Sequence record: OR413581.1
DNA: 64,000 nucleotides
Strand: one strand, 5' to 3'
Of the stretch, positions 61,898 to 64,000 are shown in pieces. The notes under the pieces are model-generated. The model was not told the DNA's origin. It ran no database searches and saw only the letters and a list, made by a program, of their open reading frames with translations. Every line of letters begins with the position of its first letter. Positions within the stretch are counted from its first letter, which is position 1. Position numbers and translations under genes: made by a program.

Positions 61898-63943
61898 TTA
61901 GCTCTCCCGACGGTAAACTTTGATAGTGGTGTTGAACTGGGTGAGCAGCACACCGCCTTCAGCGATCAGGTCCAGCGTCACAGAGTAACCATTGGATTTA
62001 TCGTCTGCAGTGAAGTACGCCTTCGGAGTGACGACAGCAACGTTATCGAGACGGCCTTCCAGACGTTCGATAATTTTGTTCTCAATCATCTTCGCACGTT
62101 CATCATCCGTCATGGCCGCTTCGCCAGACATGTCCGCCCATACACGGTCGGAAACACGATAGACGTAGGTCATCATGAAGTTGAACAGGGCGTTGTTCAG
62201 TACAGAACGATCTTCGCTGTAGATTGACTGAATCGCCGGAATGAACAAGCGATAGTAGTCGTAGGAACGGGCAGTGATCAGCGACACATCCCAGTCAGAC
62301 GCATACACTTCGTTGCCTTTCCACGGCATACTCAGGTCAGTCAGATCTTCGATAATCGTCAGTTCGCCACGGCTGAAACGATAAGCCGGTTTTGCACGAC
62401 CGTCGCCTGCACCCAGGTACTTCGAGAAGAAGTTCGCCAGGGAGTAGTTCATCGGAACAGGCTTCTTGTAGGAAGAGTTCTTGATGAACGCCGATTGGCC
62501 GGTGACCATACCACGTGCAGCCGGAGTGCCGTAATAGGCAGATTCCGGTACCGCTGTGATCAATTCGATCAGGGCGATTTTTGCACTTTCTTCTGTCTGC
62601 TCATCGTTACGACCTTGGCTGTAAACGTGAGTCGCCAGCGTCAAGAAGGTGTTACGTGAACGACCGATGAAGTTCACGAGCGCAGCTTTAGTATCGAAGC
62701 TAAAGCCAGAGTCCCAGAAACAACCCAGCGAGTATTTCAGCTCATTGTCGTAACGGACTTTACCGCCATCCGGGAACAGCAGCATTTCACGGCGAACGAG
62801 TTCGTCGTAAACGTCGTTGTTCATGGTACCATCGCTACCACCTTGCAGGTAGTGGATGTTGGATGCGGAGAACACAACTTTACCGGTTTCAGTAGCCGGG
62901 TTTACCTGAAGACCATCGTAAGGCTGGCCCAGTAAATCATAGCCGCCAAAGATGTCAACCATATACGGGTCAGCAGGCGCATCAGTTGTGATAGCGGCCT
63001 GAGCCAAGCCCAGTACAGTTTCCAGGTTCTCGCGATACAGATAGAACTGCTCGAAAGGACCATAATCTGGCAGCTCGCCAATGTCAGGCATCGTCTGACG
63101 ATATGCATCCGCAACAACAACTTCGAAGTCGAGTTGCGTTCTCATCGGCTGATAGTATGCATCGGGCTTAAAGCTAAAATTGATGCTACTCATGCCAGTG
63201 AGAGTTTTCCACACTACCGGAGAAGTCACGCCTGCCAGGGTTTCGAACCATTGCAGGGTGTAAACACGACCACCGACTTCATTTTGATAGGAGGAGGTCA
63301 GAGCCGGGCTGGATTTCTCGCTGAGTGGGATCAGTTTGAAACCGAAACCGTTGACGTCAGCACCCGCATACGGGCCTGCGATATCGAACAACGGATACAG
63401 CTTCGATTTCGTGCCGCCTTCGCCAGTCATCGTCCCCTCGATAACCACACCTGCGCCGATGGCCGGGGTAGTTTCGTCGATTACGACAGAACGGAAGACG
63501 ATTACCAAACCGTCAACTTGTTCTTTGATCTTGGGCTTGCCCGAGTTGTCGTACTGAACGATCCCGTTGCTGTCGCGTTCGTAGGACGGAACTTTCGTTT
63601 CGAGTACGTCGGCGAATACGCGAACACTTGCGGTTTTCGCATCTTCAGGGATCAAGCGCTGATACATACACTCGTTTGCGTTAGCGTTGAACATCGCCTG
63701 ATAGGGCGTGTTGAACGTCGCGTAGGGGCCTCGCAAGTCAAAGACATTGCGACCAAGCAGAGACAGTGCATTATCCCCGGTTAACGGGAACGCCTCGTTG
63801 TCTACCCCGCGCGCGGCAAAGGTGAAGATCAGCGGCTTATGAATTGCGTCACCCGTAGGGGTACGCACAAGCTCGGGGACAGAGTTATCCTGCCAACCTT
63901 GCTTGTTATTCAACGGCGCGCCGTTTCGTGGAATAAAAGTCAT
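61898..63943 (-). CDS. Contractile tail sheath protein
   Basis: 681 aa; N-terminal NGAP....GWQD, FWDSGF, PESAYYGTPA.R motifs typical of phiKZ gp29-like sheath. Confidence 0.85.
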   Translation of the reverse strand: MTFIPRNGAPLNNKQGWQDNSVPELVRTPTGDAIHKPLIFTFAARGVDNEAFPLTGDNALSLLGRNVFDLRGPYATFNTPYQAMFNANANECMYQRLIPEDAKTASVRVFADVLETKVPSYERDSNGIVQYDNSGKPKIKEQVDGLVIVFRSVVIDETTPAIGAGVVIEGTMTGEGGTKSKLYPLFDIAGPYAGADVNGFGFKLIPLSEKSSPALTSSYQNEVGGRVYTLQWFETLAGVTSPVVWKTLTGMSSINFSFKPDAYYQPMRTQLDFEVVVADAYRQTMPDIGELPDYGPFEQFYLYRENLETVLGLAQAAITTDAPADPYMVDIFGGYDLLGQPYDGLQVNPATETGKVVFSASNIHYLQGGSDGTMNNDVYDELVRREMLLFPDGGKVRYDNELKYSLGCFWDSGFSFDTKAALVNFIGRSRNTFLTLATHVYSQGRNDEQTEESAKIALIELITAVPESAYYGTPAARGMVTGQSAFIKNSSYKKPVPMNYSLANFFSKYLGAGDGRAKPAYRFSRGELTIIEDLTDLSMPWKGNEVYASDWDVSLITARSYDYYRLFIPAIQSIYSEDRSVLNNALFNFMMTYVYRVSDRVWADMSGEAAMTDDERAKMIENKIIERLEGRLDNVAVVTPKAYFTADDKSNGYSVTLDLIAEGGVLLTQFNTTIKVYRRES

Positions 63944-64000
63944 GGAACGTCTCCATATATTCGTCTTAAAGACCTGATGGTCATACTAAGGATCATACTC

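Noticed and set aside
61397-62227. 276-aa plus-strand ORF opposite the tail tube/sheath genes
   Set aside because: Antisense shadow of highly codon-biased genes; no SD, no recognisable motifs; same for 63134-63784
63944-64000. TATG late-promoter motifs upstream of the sheath gene (minus strand)
   Set aside because: A 4-nt motif is too common to place without TSS data
1-64000. CRISPR arrays, tRNA/rRNA genes, IS elements, long direct repeats
   Set aside because: No regularly spaced repeats, cloverleaf signatures or transposase motifs were seen by eye; tRNAscan/CRISPR tools not run

Overview
A densely coding 64 kb segment of a phiKZ-related jumbo myovirus genome. Gene order and protein sizes best match my recollection of Salmonella phage SPN3US (Seoulvirus, Chimalliviridae), roughly gp190s-gp256. 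That assignment comes from memory and synteny, not a database search. Core genes: four subunits of the split virion RNA polymerase (beta-N, beta-C, beta'-middle with a DYDGD motif, beta'-C), prohead protease, a 2373-aa tail lysin/tape-measure protein, tail tube and tail sheath, SbcC/Rad50 ATPase, UvsX/RecA, RNase H, a DEDDh exonuclease and thymidylate synthase with an HNH-type endonuclease gene directly upstream. Accessory genes include a DarG-like macrodomain, a NADAR-like protein, a candidate ADP-ribosyltransferase, CYTH, HD and HAD hydrolases, a MazG plus a catalytically dead MazG paralog, GNATs, a secreted transglycosylase, a candidate spanin pair and three tandem secreted 4-Cys paralogs. 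Seven copies of an early-type promoter motif and many intrinsic terminators are visible. Most notable: a 62-aa ORF copying the redox-active C-terminal tail of enterobacterial ribonucleotide reductase NrdA, a small ORF with an EF-Tu G1-like motif, two promoter-hairpin-terminator units that look like small RNAs, and several sub-60-aa ORFs missing from the ORF track. No tRNA, rRNA, CRISPR array or intron was recognised by eye.
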